From contig MU057947.1 in the NCBI GenBank assembly GCA_013265495.1, positions 1,263,070 to 1,327,069 of the forward strand: a DNA stretch of 64,000 nt. Direction: 5' to 3'. Below the pieces are notes generated by a model. That model searched no databases. It had not been told where the DNA came from and saw only the letters and a program-made list of their open reading frames with translations. A program made the translations under genes and the position numbers. Below are positions 48,871-62,450 of this stretch, piece after piece; the first letter of the stretch is position 1; every line of letters begins with the position of its first letter. Source of the DNA: Vicugna vicugna. Its lineage: Eukaryota.

Positions 48871-49911
48871 CCCAGATGCCATTTGAAGCCCCAGACTGAG
48901 AAGTGATGCTTCTTGGAGACAGCAGGCTGGTCCTGCAGGGTCCTCGCGGGGCTGGACGGCCACACGCCGGGCTGTCCTGTTGCAGGTTTCCCTAAAGAGT
49001 CTTCATGCCTCCAATAGCCCCCTTTCATCCTCCAAGCCTTCATCTGTTTAAAATACCTTTGGCAGATCTTTGAAAAGTATCCACACATTTATTCTCTTCT
49101 GTTTTTTTTTTGTCTGTTTGCGTTCATTTTCTTAAATAAACTTAAAGATTCAAAATGTGGAGGATTCCGCGGGCTATGCAGCGAAGTCTCCTTGCCCCTC
49201 TGCCCCAGCCAGTTCCTTTTGTGAACTTTCTGAAGGGCACCGGACTCAGTGAGCAAGCTTGACCCTGTCCCTTGGGAGATAGGAGCTGGGGGACATTGTG
49301 CACTGGGGAGTAACATCGAATGATATTTAGGGGCAAGAACTTAAAAGGAATGTGAGGGGTAAATTGGGTGGAAAGAGGCAAGAAACAGTGAAATCATAGA
49401 CTCATCTAATGGTTCAAGTGGGGGACAATCAGGGGAGGCCCTTGCCAGTGATTCCACAGGGGACCCCTGGGGCGGAGATGCCGCGGGAGAGCCGGCACGG
49501 CTGTTAAGATATATGGCCCTGGGCTGTCGCGTGCCAGCACTGGTGTGGCTGGTCACCTGCTCACATGACGCCTGATCCTGCGTTTTAAACCCACCTTTCA
49601 CTTTCATCATCATTAAGAAATAGATGGAAAAGTCCATTTCCCAGATCATTGTTTGAGCTCTCCGGCTTTCCTGAGATGCTGTTAAGCCAATGAGATCTGT
49701 GCGTTCTTCTGGGGAAACCTGGGGTAAAAATCACCAGTTTAAAACCTTTGGGTATAAATCCTATTTAATTGTGTGGACAAAATACAGCATCATTAGAACT
49801 GACTGACGGGGCACAGTCGCTGTGAGTGACGCTGTTCCTCGGCGGATATGATGTAAAACATCCTTGTTTTTAGCATTTTTCAAAACTGTAATTACATAAC
49901 CAGATATGGAC

Positions 49912-50092
49912 TTATCTATTTACTACCTGCCTCCTTTGCTGGCTGTAAACTCCACGAAAGCAGGGACCCAGGCTCATCTTGTTCAACATTTCATTGCATG
50001 ACTCAGCACAGCGCCCAAATATGGGGGCATATTGAAAAATAATGATGAATACATGAAATGAAATGGATGAATGGATGGGTGATGGATGAAAG
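49912..50092 (+). mobile_element. L2 3' end
   Basis: 'tgtaaactccacgaaagcagggacc...tcttgttca...cagcacagcgcc' with a (GAAT/GGAT)n tail. Confidence 0.75.
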
Positions 50093-53000
50093 GAAAACAC
50101 AATTGCTGGAAATGTGCCAGGAAAACTTGTTAGTGATATTAACGCTCTTAAGTCTTTTTAACGTGCAGACCATAGATACCAACGCGAGGATTTCTGAGAT
50201 AAGATGAGTGCGTGCATGCGTGTGCATGTGTGTGCGGTGGGGTATGTTGTGGGTGACGAGGAAATGGCCATATCTACAATGTGACTCACCTCAGGGGAAG
50301 CCAGAAGCTCCCAACCAACCCTTTAAAATAAGATATAAAACCCATGTGAACACATTTCACTGGGCCAAGAACAGGGGGCTTATTTATCTGCAGGAAGACA
50401 CAGCCAACAGCAGTGATCTAAGTTTTCATGGAAATATGACTGCAGAGGAGGCTGACTCATCCTTTTCACTCCCACTGTTGACAGAACAAAAGGCAGTGGC
50501 TTCGGGCCGCTGAGAGAAAGCGGTGGTTTAACCACCAGACGGCGCCGGAGCAGCTGCTGGGGGTTTCAGCGCCGGGCAGGATGGCAAGAGGCGCTGCCAA
50601 GCGCCTTCTCCAGGCGGTGGATTTTCATCTTTCCTTAACGGTTAAGTGTGATCATTCCTGGAGGCAAGGGGGTAGAAGAGGCCAGCATCCTTCTAAAATG
50701 GAATCTAGCTCTGTGTCTCTCATTCTCAGTGCCCATTCTGGGCCAACCTGAGAAGAAATGACAGTGGTGAGAATTTGGGGGAACGGCGTGACGACCAGGG
50801 CCAAGATGCTTTCAGGGAAGACTGAGCCACAAGCTTGGCACAGTGGGTCAGCCTCACGGAGGACACGGGAGAGGAGGGGCTCTGGGCTGTGCCTGGAGTC
50901 CTGGCCCCCCGACTCCCATGGAGTGGCCTTCCCACAGAGGGAGGAGGACTTTCCTCAAAACGAAATCAGATTCTGTGAGGAAGGTAACCAGTCATGGGCA
51001 CCCAGGGGAGGAGAGGCAAGCCTGAGGACTGAAGGGGTACGCAGTGGTACCAGGACAGGCTCCGCAGCAAGGGTGCGGGCACGAGGTGGATGCTTGAGCC
51101 TGTGCTCCTGGAGAGCTGGTTTGTTCCTAGTCAGGTGCGTGTTGTGGGCAGAGCAGAGGGGCCGCGGGTTCTGAGCTTCCGGCTGAGAACAAGTGAGAAC
51201 CTGCTTGAAACCCACACAGAGCCCTGCCTGCCGTCTCCAGAGAGCCGGCCTCCCCTCCCTTCAGGCTCTGACGACTGTGGGTGAGCAGGGGACAGCCTGC
51301 CTGCTGGGAGTTGCTGAAGGCCCCCTCTCCCCTATCTGATCATACCTCCTTCGTATCGCTCTTAAACACTTGTCCCTGGGAAGGTAGCAGGGATCTCTGT
51401 TCTGCCATCAGTGTCCTGGGGGCTGTGCCCACAGGCCTGGAGACAGCGCAATGAGACCGGAGATTTCCAATCAGGGGAACTGGAGAAACGGTCGCGTCTG
51501 ACTTGCTCTGAGGCTGCCAACCAGTGCACAGTAAGGAAAGAGCACTTGGTCACCAGTGGGTCGTAGACTAAAGGGCCTTTCCTCCGTGTTTGCCCCACAG
51601 ACAGGCCTGAGTCACATCTCACGACAGGTATATCGGGCCAGCTGCTCGTCCCCAGGTCCCTGCAGAGAGGCAGCCAGTGAGGACCTCTTCCCTCTGGGCC
51701 AGTTTCCCAGGGGCACAGCACTGCCAGGGCCTTAGCACCAGGGGAACAGTGTGCGACCCCACCACGACCCTCATCCCACTGGGGTCACAGCAGCTGCCTG
51801 GTGCTTGCCTGGGGGCTGGAATGAAGTTATGCCTCTGCTGTTGCTTGAGAGGCCCCGTGAGGGCTGGAGAGCCCCATCACGAAGCCGCCTCCTTGCCAAA
51901 CCGAGCTCTGAAGGGGGGCCTGGGTGGGCTGTGGGGTGGGGCCCGGCTCTCCCAGGGGGCTCATGGCTCCTCGGGAGCTCTTCGTGATCACTGGCTGGCC
52001 TGCCTGCTGTGGGAACAGGGCTGCTCTCCCACTTGGTCATTCTTTGTGCATTCATTCATTCATTCATTCACTCAACCATCTGCCCACCCATCCATCTTTC
52101 TGTCCATTCATCCGTCTGCTCAGCACTGGGATTCCAAGTTAAGTGAAATTTCAGCCCCTCTCTCCCTAGGAAGACATTCTCAGTCATCCCCGCCCACAGG
52201 CCAGTGTCACCTGAACCGCCACATCTGCAAGTTCATGAGCTCCTTAAAAGGCTGTTTCTTTGTTTCTCTCATTTCTGCCTATCAGCCAGGGTCTTGGGCT
52301 GTGGTCAGAAATCTGAGCGGGGCTACAGGCAGTGCCTCGTCCTCTTGCTGTCGGAGCCCCTTTCATTTTGACACGCAGCCCTGGTCGCAGGCACGGGAGA
52401 CCAGTTTCCACCCGTCACCTGTGTGTCAGCCGAGTGTGGGTTGCCGGCACTGGGGAGAGCTCCGTGCTGGCTCATTTGCAGAGCTCACCGTCACCTCGGT
52501 GGGCTCAGGACCCTCATTTGTAACTTTTTTTTTTTTTTGCGTGTGCTTTACTTTTTGAAGGCAGTGAAAAAACCTGGGATAGTTAAATAAAGAGACATTT
52601 CTTTTTGGCTTTAACTTTCACATTTATTCACAACGGAAGATTCCTAGTAGTGGAAACATAGACTTGGGGGGACCTACCTGTGGCTTCAAACCTACATCAT
52701 CTCTGGATTCAGCCCCCTTGAATGTGGACACCGTTTTTAATATTTCAGGGGAAGCCTTACTGCTTAGCGGCATCATGCTGTCCTCTGATCCCCTTTTCTT
52801 TGGAAAACATGAAGAAGATGTAAAACCACTCCTCCCCTGCCGCTCCCACATCTAGCAGTAAAGTACAGCAGTACCACCAGGATCCTGTTGCAAACTCAGT
52901 GCAGAACAGAGGATGAATTGTCTCCTCCAGATAGAAAGCTTGCACTTATTCCCATGACTCAGAGCTAGGACTCTTTCTGGAGTGGCAGAGAAGAAATGTG

Positions 53001-55094
53001 CTCTAGGTGAGAACCAGATGGCGTTGCACTCTACCACGCCTGGAAACTGGGAAAGCTGCGTGGCGCTGTCCTTGGTCCTGCCCTGCGCCCAGGCTGCAGC
53101 GCATCCCTCAGCAACCCTCCTCTTTCTGCCCGCCTCTGCCAAGTCCATCGGCCCGGTCCTCTCTGGAACCACCCCTCCTTCCCCTTGGCAGGTCTGGAGA
53201 AGGGCAGGAAGTCCGTGTACCTGGGGGAACCCTTCTCCAGGTCCGCCCCCAGCCCCCAGGAGTCGCCATGTTATTGCAGGAATTCCCTGCCATTTCTACA
53301 GCACAATATGTGGCATGGACAGCTCACTACGAAGAGTCCACACACATCTTTGTAAGTACTGTGCGGTATTTCCTGGAGTGTACAACGATTTTTATAACTG
53401 TTCACTTACCTTTAAGTATTTGAGTTATTTCCAATTTCTGCTATTATAGAGCTGCGGCAGTGACTAATTTTTGCTTTTTTTTTTTTTTTTTCTTTAAGAT
53501 AGAAAACTGAAAATGAATGGGATTACTAGGTTGAAAGTCATGATCACTTTGTAGGCATGTGATGAAATCTCCAATCTTTTTCCAAAGGGGTTACAGGAAT
53601 TCCTGCACCTGACCCCCCCCAGATGAAAGGGCCAGTTTTCTGTGCCCAGTTTCAGTGCTGTGCTGGGCCGGCTCTCCCGGGCCCCCAGAGCCATCAGTGC
53701 GCGGGTCTTCTCAGCCCCGCCTTCAACTGAGCTCCTCGGAAAGCTTGCGGTGGTCATCAGAGGGGTATTTACATGTGGAAACCAACATAACTATAAACCA
53801 GGACCCGCTCTCACCCTGAAGAGATCTGGTTGTCACACAGCTACCAGCACACCATTGCTTTTAATAGTTGAAAAGCAAAGAACAAACAAAATAAACCAGT
53901 TTTGCAAAGTTGAATCAACGGACACCGTCCTTCCTCTGAGCCGAGGGGAGGGGGGAGACAGAGTCCCCTCCAGGCGTTTGTGCTTTGCCCTTGGTGCCGC
54001 GTGGGTGGCGCTCAGCAGCCCTGGCTGGAGTGTGTGTGTCCACTGTCCTTGAGAGGCTGGCCTGTCGGCCTGGGTCCCCTGCAGTGCCAGCACGGGGTCT
54101 GATACGTTGTGTTGAGCACACGGAGCCCACGTGGGCCTTCCCAGGTGGCCTCCTGCCCAGCCACGTGGCTGGGGGCGCCCGGACCTTCTGCTGCGCCAGC
54201 TGCTGTGGGGGAGATGGCGACGGCCCTGTCTGCAGCCTGACGGGGGTGGTGTCCCTGCCTCCACGGCCGCCTGCTGGGCTTCACACTAACAGACCCCCGT
54301 CTCATCAGAAGGTGTCTCTGTCCACGAAGGCTGGCGCTCCAGCGGGTGTTGTCATCCTCTGGAGGAGGACGGTGCCTTCCTGCCTCTGGACCGCAGCTGC
54401 ATCACGCCTGGCCTGGCAGAACGGCACCCGCCATGGGCTCCTCACGCCGGGTTGGGACAGCCTTGTGGACTGTGTTTTGGGAGGACCAGTCACCTCTGAG
54501 TGACAAGAGACGATTCCCCTCCTCTCCTAGTCAAGGCAGCAAATGGTCAAGACCTCCGAGGCGTCTGGGCCGTTGCTACCCGTGAGGACGGTCCTGCTGT
54601 TCATGCCGGAAGCCCTGCAGGTGCTCTGAGACCATTGTTCACACGACGAAGCAAAGATGAACACAGCAGAATAGCCTGCATCTGTAATTAGGGCAGGAAT
54701 GTGGATTTTCTGTAAAGTGTAATAAACGCTTATTGTAAAAAAGAAATAAACAGAGAAGCTAGAAGGACAATCATAGAAATTAACAATAATAGCACCACTC
54801 AGAGATAAACATTGTTAGCACTTTGATGCGTCCCCTTCCGTCTCTGAGGGCGTCTTTAGATAATTTTATTCTGATTGTTTCACAGTGTATCAAAGCGTCA
54901 CGTTGCCTGTCGCACTCATCAGAGCCTTTCAACGCTGGGTTAGGTCATATCCTCGGACGTGTTGCATTTCGCTCAGCCCCTCTCTTGGTCCCAGACGCGT
55001 ACGTTGTTCCGGGTTTTTCTGAGAATGTGTGCTGTCAGTGAGCGTTTTTGTGCGTAAGTTCTTGCCAACAGCTGAGGGTCCCTTTGGAGGAGGC

Positions 55095-55230
55095 ACTGGG
55101 ACACAGTATTTGTTCTGGGGTCCAGCTTGAGTTTAAACCCCAGCTCCCTGCTTACCAGCTGTGTGACCTGGGGAGGTTGCTAAACCTCTCTGTGCTCTTT
55201 GCTCTTCCTCTGTGGGGGGAATGCCTTACA
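55095..55230 (+). mobile_element. MIR fragment
   Basis: 'gagtttaaaccccagctccctgcttaccagctgtgtgacctggggaggttgctaaacctctctgtgctc'. Confidence 0.8.
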
Positions 55231-56429
55231 AGGTGGCGGCGACCCTTCCATGGGGCGGGGCATGCGAGGAGCAGAGCCTGGCTCGCGGGAAGCCCTGTTC
55301 ACCACCGCCTCCCCATCAGTGGGGTGATCAGCCGGGGCTGACGCCCAGAGTGGAGCGACCAGCCCAAATTAAGTGCTTCTGAAGGCTTCGGGGTTGTGTT
55401 CTAATTTGTTTCCCAGAGTTTTCTCAAAATAAAATATTGCTGTCTTAATGTGTGAAAAATTAATATTTCTGTATGTTAGTGCTTTTTTTCTGCTTTTCCT
55501 GCACCTCCATCCTCTGCCCTCACCCCTGTGCCAGTAAGAATCAAGGGCAAATCCAGCTCCTCACCCAGGGGAGTCACTTCTGTGAGTGTAGGTCACACGA
55601 AGGATGCTGGCTGGGGTCCCGGCAGGTGCAGTTTGCTTTGTCTGGGACCATCTCATCCCCAGACTGCATCCGAGTGCGGGGTGGCGGGCGGGGTCCCCCG
55701 GGAGCAGGCGCACATGTCCGTTTCCCTCTCTCAGCCTGGGCTTAGGAGGTGCCGCCTCGCGCCTGGGGAAGGACGTGCCCAGACCAGCCCTGCTGCACCC
55801 GGGTCACGTGGGATCCCTTGTTCTCTCTCCTCCTTCGTGGCTCAGGGTGGAAAGACCCCAGCTCGTCTGAAACTTGTGAGCAAAGCAGAACAGAGGCCAG
55901 TGCTTCTCTTCTGCTTCCCGGATCCTCTGGTGACTTCTGTCTGCACCTTGTATGAAGTGCTCTCGGCCCCCTGACTCCCACTGCGTACCCGTCACACATC
56001 CTGATTTGTATGGAAGTCCATGGGGGAACATTTTCGTTGGATTGTGTTTGGCCTGGGGGCCAATATGACAGTTTTAATTTTGGTAATTTTATAATGTACT
56101 TTAGAATTACCCACGGCCATGTTTCTTACTTAAATTTTCTTTGCTGTGGTGGTGTATTTTTCTTCCAATCATTAGAATAATTCCAGGGCAAAAAAAAAAA
56201 AAAATCGCCACTGAAATTTTGCCTGCAGTCGGTGTTGATGGACTTGACTGGGTGGCTGCGCTGCTGTCGGCACCCCGCCGCCCGCGCTTGCCTCTTACGG
56301 GACGTGAGCCTTGGCCCCTCTGCACCTCGGGTTCTTCAGGTGTAGTGGGGGAATAGCAGGCCCTCTCTCGCAGGTTTTTTTGTGAGCGTGATCGATTCGT
56401 GTCCTTTCTAAGGAACCTTTGAGCACCAC

Positions 56430-57610
56430 GAGATGGCAAAGACGTTCCCCTCGGTTTCTAGAAGTTTTACAATGCGAGCTTTTATTTTTGGGTCTGTGAG
56501 AACGTTCAGGCTAACTGTGGTGTATCAAGTGGCTTTTTTTTTTCCCATATTGACATCCAGTTGTTCCAGCATCATTTGTCGAAAATATGTTCCATTCCCC
56601 ACTGAGCTGCCTTGGCACATTTGTCAAAAATCAATCGAAGATACGTGCAGGGGTCCATCTCTGGGCTCTGTTTTCTGTTCCACTGAGCTGCACACCTTTC
56701 TGCCAATACCGCACGGTCCCAGCTGTGTGGCTTTACAGTAAGTCTTGGAATCAGATAGTGTAGGTGTGGCAGCCATAAAGAAGTGAGGTCACCGAGGGTC
56801 CCAGCGCCCGGCTCTGAAATGCACCCGCGCCGAGTGCAGCAGGACACAGGCAGATCCTGGGAGGCACGGGCTTGTCCCACAGCCGCTCCGACTCAGGGAC
56901 CCCCCCCCCACAGAACCTCCTTAGAACTCACAGCAGCCTGGGTGTTCTCCCAGCCCCCCTCCCCTCTCCTCCCCCTGGGGTGCTGGTGCCGCACAGGCCA
57001 GCCTCCCTGCCGTCTGCTCCAGGCCCCCTTTCCTCTGTCTGTGTGAGGACGCGGGCTCCCCCTAAAAGGAGCCTGCGTTTGCTCCTCAGAGGGCTTGGAC
57101 AACAGTAAATCGTCAAATTATTTTCCTTGTTTATACAAGTTATTTTGGTCCTTTGCATTTTCGTTTACATTTTTGAATCATCTTGCCGATTTCTACAATG
57201 AAAACTTGCTGGGGTGCTGATGAGGGCTGTGCGGAACAGAAAAGCCCTTGAGGAGAGCCAGCGTCGCTCCGCTGGTGAGCCAGTCAGCCCCATGTCCCAC
57301 CCCCCCGCCGCCTCACCTGCCTTTGCGTTGAGGGGTGTTCTGTGGTTTTCGGTGCACGGGTCTTCTGCGTATTTTGTTTAGTTCAACCCTAGTGTTTCAT
57401 AATTGTGTGTGCTTGCGTACGCTAAACGTTAACTTCATTTCCAACTGTTTGTCGCCAGTATATAGAGATGCAGTTGGTTTTCTGTATTAACCCTGCCTCC
57501 AGGAACATTTTTGGCTAAATTCACTTGTTCCAGGAGCTCTTGGGTACCTTCCTTAATATCTTCCACTTACATGAGCAAGTCATCTCTGAAAATTCTTCTT
57601 TTCCAACCTA
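56430..57610 (-). mobile_element. Old L1 ORF2 3' remnant interrupted by an LTR
   Basis: The ORF 56572-56880 ends 'QWNRKQSPEMDPCTYLRLIFDKCAKAAQWGMEHIFDK', resembling L1 '[36 protein letters not shown]'. Confidence 0.85.
56765..57104 (+). mobile_element. LTR16-like (ERVL) solo LTR nested in L1
   Basis: Starts 'tgtggcagccataaaga' and ends '...tgctcctcagagggcttggacaaca'; L1 sequence resumes on both sides. Confidence 0.55.
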
Positions 57611-59429
57611 CATTCTTTATTAAAAAAATGCAGTAGCTGTACCTTCCAGGTGTAGAATTTCCATCTTTGCCCTTTCTCTCCGCGGCTGAGGTTTCCTGTC
57701 CAGTCTCCACTTGCTGAGCCCAGAACCTACGTCATTTTCAGCCCGTTTCTGCTGACTGCCTTCACTCCTGAGTACTGATTGCACTTCCCTTTTCGTTTGC
57801 CTGTCTAGTAACTTGGGTTTAAACACCAGACACCGTAGATGGTGTGGTACAGCAACCGGGGGCTCCCCTGAGCTCTCAGGGTTTATGTTTCTTGTTCTGA
57901 CGTGCAGTTAACTTGCCTGGCCTCAGATTACAAACTTTGCTTTTTCTTTGCTTTGTTTTGTTTTATGCGGCTGCTGGAATCTCTGCTTTGTTCTGATCGG
58001 TTCCAGCTGCTGTGAGGTAGGCTGCTTGTGTAAACTGGACTTGTCACTATCTGTGTTTCATTGTGATGTTTTAAAACCGGTTCATCACAGCTCTCTGTGT
58101 ACCCGGACAGCTGACCTGTGCCCAAATACTTCAGCAGCCCATCAGAGACGCAGGCTGAGGTCATGCGCAGGCTTGGGAGCTGGCCCTCCCTGAGGTCTCT
58201 GTGCGCCTCGGGATCCCCGGGACTCCACAGCGCTGCTCGTCTGAGGCTCCAGCCCAGAAGGGGCCAGCTCCCTGCCCCCTGAGCCGCGGGTTGGGGGAAG
58301 GGGCTTGGTTAGGAAAGCAGCAAACACACAGACCTCCCCTGTGCGGCTCTCAGGTTCAGGAAGCCATCCCTCCCTGGTCTCCGAGGCTCTTCCACCGTCT
58401 CCTGTGCCCCCACATGCACAGAGCTTGCCGTCAGCGATCTGGTTCATACTTACCTTCTGTGCTCACTCCGGCAGCGCTCTCGCTGCAGGATCTCCCCTGG
58501 AACCGCCCAGCTTCTTTCCCAGCGCCGACCTCTGTCTCCTGCACCTGGAGGCGGCCGAGCTGCGGGTCACGGCTGCTGCCCCGGCCGGGGGTGTAGGACA
58601 GCCCCCCGGGGCCTCTAATGCCACAGACGCACAGTTCTTCCTCCTTTCAGCTGCTTTGTAAATTTTTAATAGCATGAACACCTCCATTGGCTGTTCTCTG
58701 CTGTTTCGTGCTTTCTAAATGTCTTTAAGTAGCTGTTTAAGATATTTCACCGAGGTTTTATAATTTTATCTGTGGGAGAATTTGTGTGACCACTTCAATT
58801 TGCTGCAATTTGGGCCTCCCTCTGTGATTTTAAAACAACTCCCCTTAAAGTAAATGCACCTTTCCCCGTCCTGCTTTATGACTGAGCACCTCGGCCACAT
58901 TCCCGAAAGAATTTACGAAGTTATGGTGCGAGTGGATGGATTGGTTTTTTCTTATTTTTACTAGAACGCTGTTAGTTTTTCGTCATGAATTATGGTTCTG
59001 TATGTGATGGAAGTGTCTGAATGTGCCTAGTTTTCAAAAGTTTTTTTTCCTTTTTGTAAGTCAGAAATGGGGTTCCAATCGTATCAGATGCATTCTAAGC
59101 GTTGATTTTTATTTTCACAGGGTATTTGACTTCTATTATGGTTGTTTCCATTATATTTAAAAAGGTGAAACCAGTCTGCTTTGTGACTTGCTCTCTGCAT
59201 TCTTGTTACAGTTTGCGTTCCTTTGATTGCTCCGAGATGGGATGTTTTTATACATTTATGGGCTGTTCAAAGCCCCTCTTTTGTGATCTGACTCTGCATG
59301 TATTTCTGTTTCATGGAAACCTTTTAACATGGATTTGGGATGACTTGTTGTGTATCAGGGCTGTTAAACCACGGCCACGTGGCCGCCCAGGTTCTCCCCA
59401 GGGTTGGTTACTTTCTTGTTTTGTTTATG

Positions 59430-61400
59430 ATGCTGGTGGATACAGAGTTCTTTATTTTTAATTAGTTAAATACAGCATTTTTCCTTTTGTCTGGTATTAC
59501 ATTTTAGAATATCCTTTCCTGCACACACTAAAGAAAGGCACCTGCATTTTCTTTCAACACAGCTACGTCTTGCTTTACATTTAAGCTTTATGTCCATCAA
59601 AGATGCATTTTGATGCATGTTGGGAAATAAGGATCTAAACATGATTTCCATATGGTTTCCCATTTTCTTATTAATTAAGCCATATTTTTCCCACTTCTTT
59701 GAAATTTTACTGTTATATTTTAAGCAGTTATATGTACTTGGATCTGTTTCTTAACTCTTAAAAAATTCTAGTGCTCTGCCCGTGCGTGAGTCCTGTGTGT
59801 GTGCACCTGACGTTTTGCTGTTCTGATGAGCGCATCTGATGCATTTACAGTGCTTTATAGGGTGAGCACCTTTATTACTTGCTTTTTATTTTTCCTCTAA
59901 TGTACATGTTCCTTCAAAATAACTTTAGAAACATTTTATCAAGTCTGACTATTTGTGACTTCTATTGAAGTTGCATTAAACCTGTAGAGTTAATTGGGGA
60001 AAATATGCGTCCTTCAAATTCTGAAATGTCTCCTCTGGAAACATGGGACAGCTCCACTTGTTTAAGTCATGCTTATGATAACTTTCATAATGCGTACAGG
60101 TTTCTTAACATGGGTCTTGCACAGTTCAGGGTGTTTTTGTTCCTAGGAACAGTGTACTTCTGATGCTCTCTTAAATGTGGCCCATTAACCTAAACCAGTA
60201 AAACAGCCACTTATTATCACCAGCAAAATGGGTTTATTTGGGAGCATCAGAGAATTGTGATTTGGGACATTGCAGCTGTGGTGAATCTCATGCAAGTCTG
60301 GTAAAGCAAAGCAGAGGAAGCTCTCTTACAGAGGAGAAGGGGCCGCTGGGAGAGGCTGTTGTAAACAAAAAGGCTGTTGGAGGAAACTGGGATTGGAAGT
60401 ACAGTGGCTTTTCACTGGCAGAGCTGTGACAGTCTCTCATTGGCTGAGCTGTTGCCAGGCAAGGAGAAAATCTTTATTTCTCTTCTAAGGGTGGTAAAGC
60501 AGTGTCATATCTTGTCGGACATGCACAGTAGGTCTCTTCCTGTTGGGACCTGTGTTGATGCCCCGCCGTACATGCATGACGGCACCCCCTTCTGGCCTGT
60601 TGACTCCATTTTATCGAGGTTTCCCTTTATCAATTTTCACAGATCCTTTCGTATTTTTACATCATACTTGGTTGTTACTGGACTATAATGAAGTCTACTA
60701 AAATTGGAGTCTACGAAAATTACAAACACTAAAACACTTTGTTCTAATACATTTTTATTTGATTCCCAAAGATAAAAAGTCACATCACCTATAAAAATTA
60801 CATTGTAAATTGTTACATCATATATTAAAAATTTGCCTTGATTTCAGAAATCATAGTGATAATGAGAATTTGCTTTAATAGGAAGAGCTAATAGTTTGAG
60901 ATAAATCTTTTCATCTCATTTTAAAATATATGTTAGAAATACTCTTCTATCATTATTTTACAAGTAATTTGTAAAAATCACGGATGAATTTTGAATTTGC
61001 CAAATGACTTTTACACATTTAATATAATAATCATATAGCTTGTTTTTCTTGGACTTACTTTAGTAAATTATATTAGTAAATTTACTAGTTTTTTCTAGAA
61101 TTAAACATTTTGGTCATTTGCTCTTAGTTTAGATGTACTGATAGAGTATATTGACTAATACTCATTTGAAATTTTCAGATATTTAGTCCCAGCTAAGACA
61201 TTAAATAGCTTTATGTTTGTGCTTCTGAAATGTTTTTGGTGTCAGGGTAATGTACAACGAACTGGGAAGTTTTCCAAACGTCTATGTGCTGAAATAATTT
61301 AAATAGCATAAGAATGATCTCTTTTTGAGTTTTGAAATAACCTGGTCATAAAAATGCCCGCGCCTAGGATATTTTATGAAGTTATTTCTTGGGCACTTTT
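59430..61400 (-). mobile_element. L1ME-like ORF2 remnant interrupted by an LTR
   Basis: AT-rich antisense L1 motifs 'gttgcattaaacctgtagagttaattgggga', 'ggatgaattttgaatttgccaaatg' and 'aactgggaagttttcc'. Confidence 0.7.
60176..60640 (-). mobile_element. ERV1-class solo LTR (~465 bp)
   Basis: TG...CA termini ('tgtggccc...aattttcaca'), antisense AATAAA ('tttatt' at ~60233) and antisense CCAAT ('attggc' at ~60439); inserted in L1. Confidence 0.7.
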
Positions 61401-61949
61401 AAACATTTCATCTTTAAATCAATTTCTAACTACAAGCCATATAAAAATATACTTCTGCTCAGTAAATTTCAAAAAAAAATAGAAAAAGCAAAAGTCTCTC
61501 TTGATTTTCCCCATCTCGCCTCTCCCGCTCCCTCAGGAGACGCAGAGCGGACGTCAGCTGAACACGGGACCTGCTGGGTTGTCTTCTGTCTGTTTCACAG
61601 CACGGGTCAGCACCTACAGAAATACAGGATGTCTTCCTTGCTTTGTTTTTGCGCAGATTGAATACTTCTGAGTGTACGTCGTGAAACGCCTTTTTCTGTG
61701 GATCATAAATCTTGGGAATCTTGCCACGTGAATACACATGTCTCTCTCTAGTTCTTTGTTTTCCTGTGAATACACGTGATGGGAACCACCTTTGATGCTA
61801 GTTAGATAGCCTGTGACGCTGCTTCTTTCATGGTCCCTGGCATATTTATATTTTCTGGTATTTCCTTAAACATTTGGGAATTGTTTGGAGAATTTGCTTT
61901 CCTAAGATGCTTTACTTTCACCCAGGTTTCCTTTCTCCTTTTTTTCCCT

Positions 61950-62090
61950 CCCTTCATTCATGATTCATTCATTCATTCAGCAAATGTTTACTGACCACTT
62001 GCTGCGTGTCAGGTGCTTTTCGAGGGTCTGAGCATGTGTCTCTGGACCAAGCAGACCAAAATCCCTGACCTCATGCTGCTGACACTCAAG
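61950..62090 (-). mobile_element. L2 3'-end fragment
   Basis: 'ttcattcattcattcagcaaatgtttactgaccacttgctgcgtgtcaggtgct...aagcagaccaaaatccctgacctcatg'. Confidence 0.8.
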
Positions 62091-62275
62091 CCTGTTTTAA
62101 AGATATTGGTCTGGATTTGCTGACATTACAAACATTGACAGGATTAGTGCGTGTCTGCAGGGTGTTTTCTTGTGATTATCCACCTTTGTGAAAGTTACTC
62201 CTGTTTGTGATGCTGTGTTCCTTCTCAGTGTTTCTGTTTTTGTTTCTTTTTTCCCTCTTGATTAGAATGCATGTG

Positions 62276-62450
62276 TTTTTTTTAATTGAAGTATAGTTGA
62301 TTTGCAATGTTGTGTTAGCTTCTGGTGTGCAGTGTAGTGATTCAGTTTGCACACACACGCATTCTTTCTCATAACCTTTTTCATTGTAGGTTATTACAAG
62401 CCATTGAATATAGTTCCCAGGGCTGTACAGTGGGACCTTGTTGGTTCTCT
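62276..62450 (-). mobile_element. Cetartiodactyl-type L1 3' end
   Basis: 'ttttaattgaagtatagttgatttgcaatgttgtgttagcttctggtgtgcagtgtagtgattcagt...ggttattacaagccattgaatatagttcccagggctgtacagtgggaccttgttg'. Confidence 0.85.

Noticed and set aside
50729..50765. 37 nt segment flanked by acceptor-like and donor-like splice sites
   Set aside because: No recognisable peptide and no neighbouring exons; such matches are common by chance.
51677..52558. 293 aa ORF
   Set aside because: It crosses an L2 (TTCA)n tail and a poly-T run; non-ATG start; no recognisable domain.
57049..57080. 11 bp stem-loop followed by TTT, like a rho-independent terminator
   Set aside because: Eukaryotic context, inside an LTR remnant; most likely chance.
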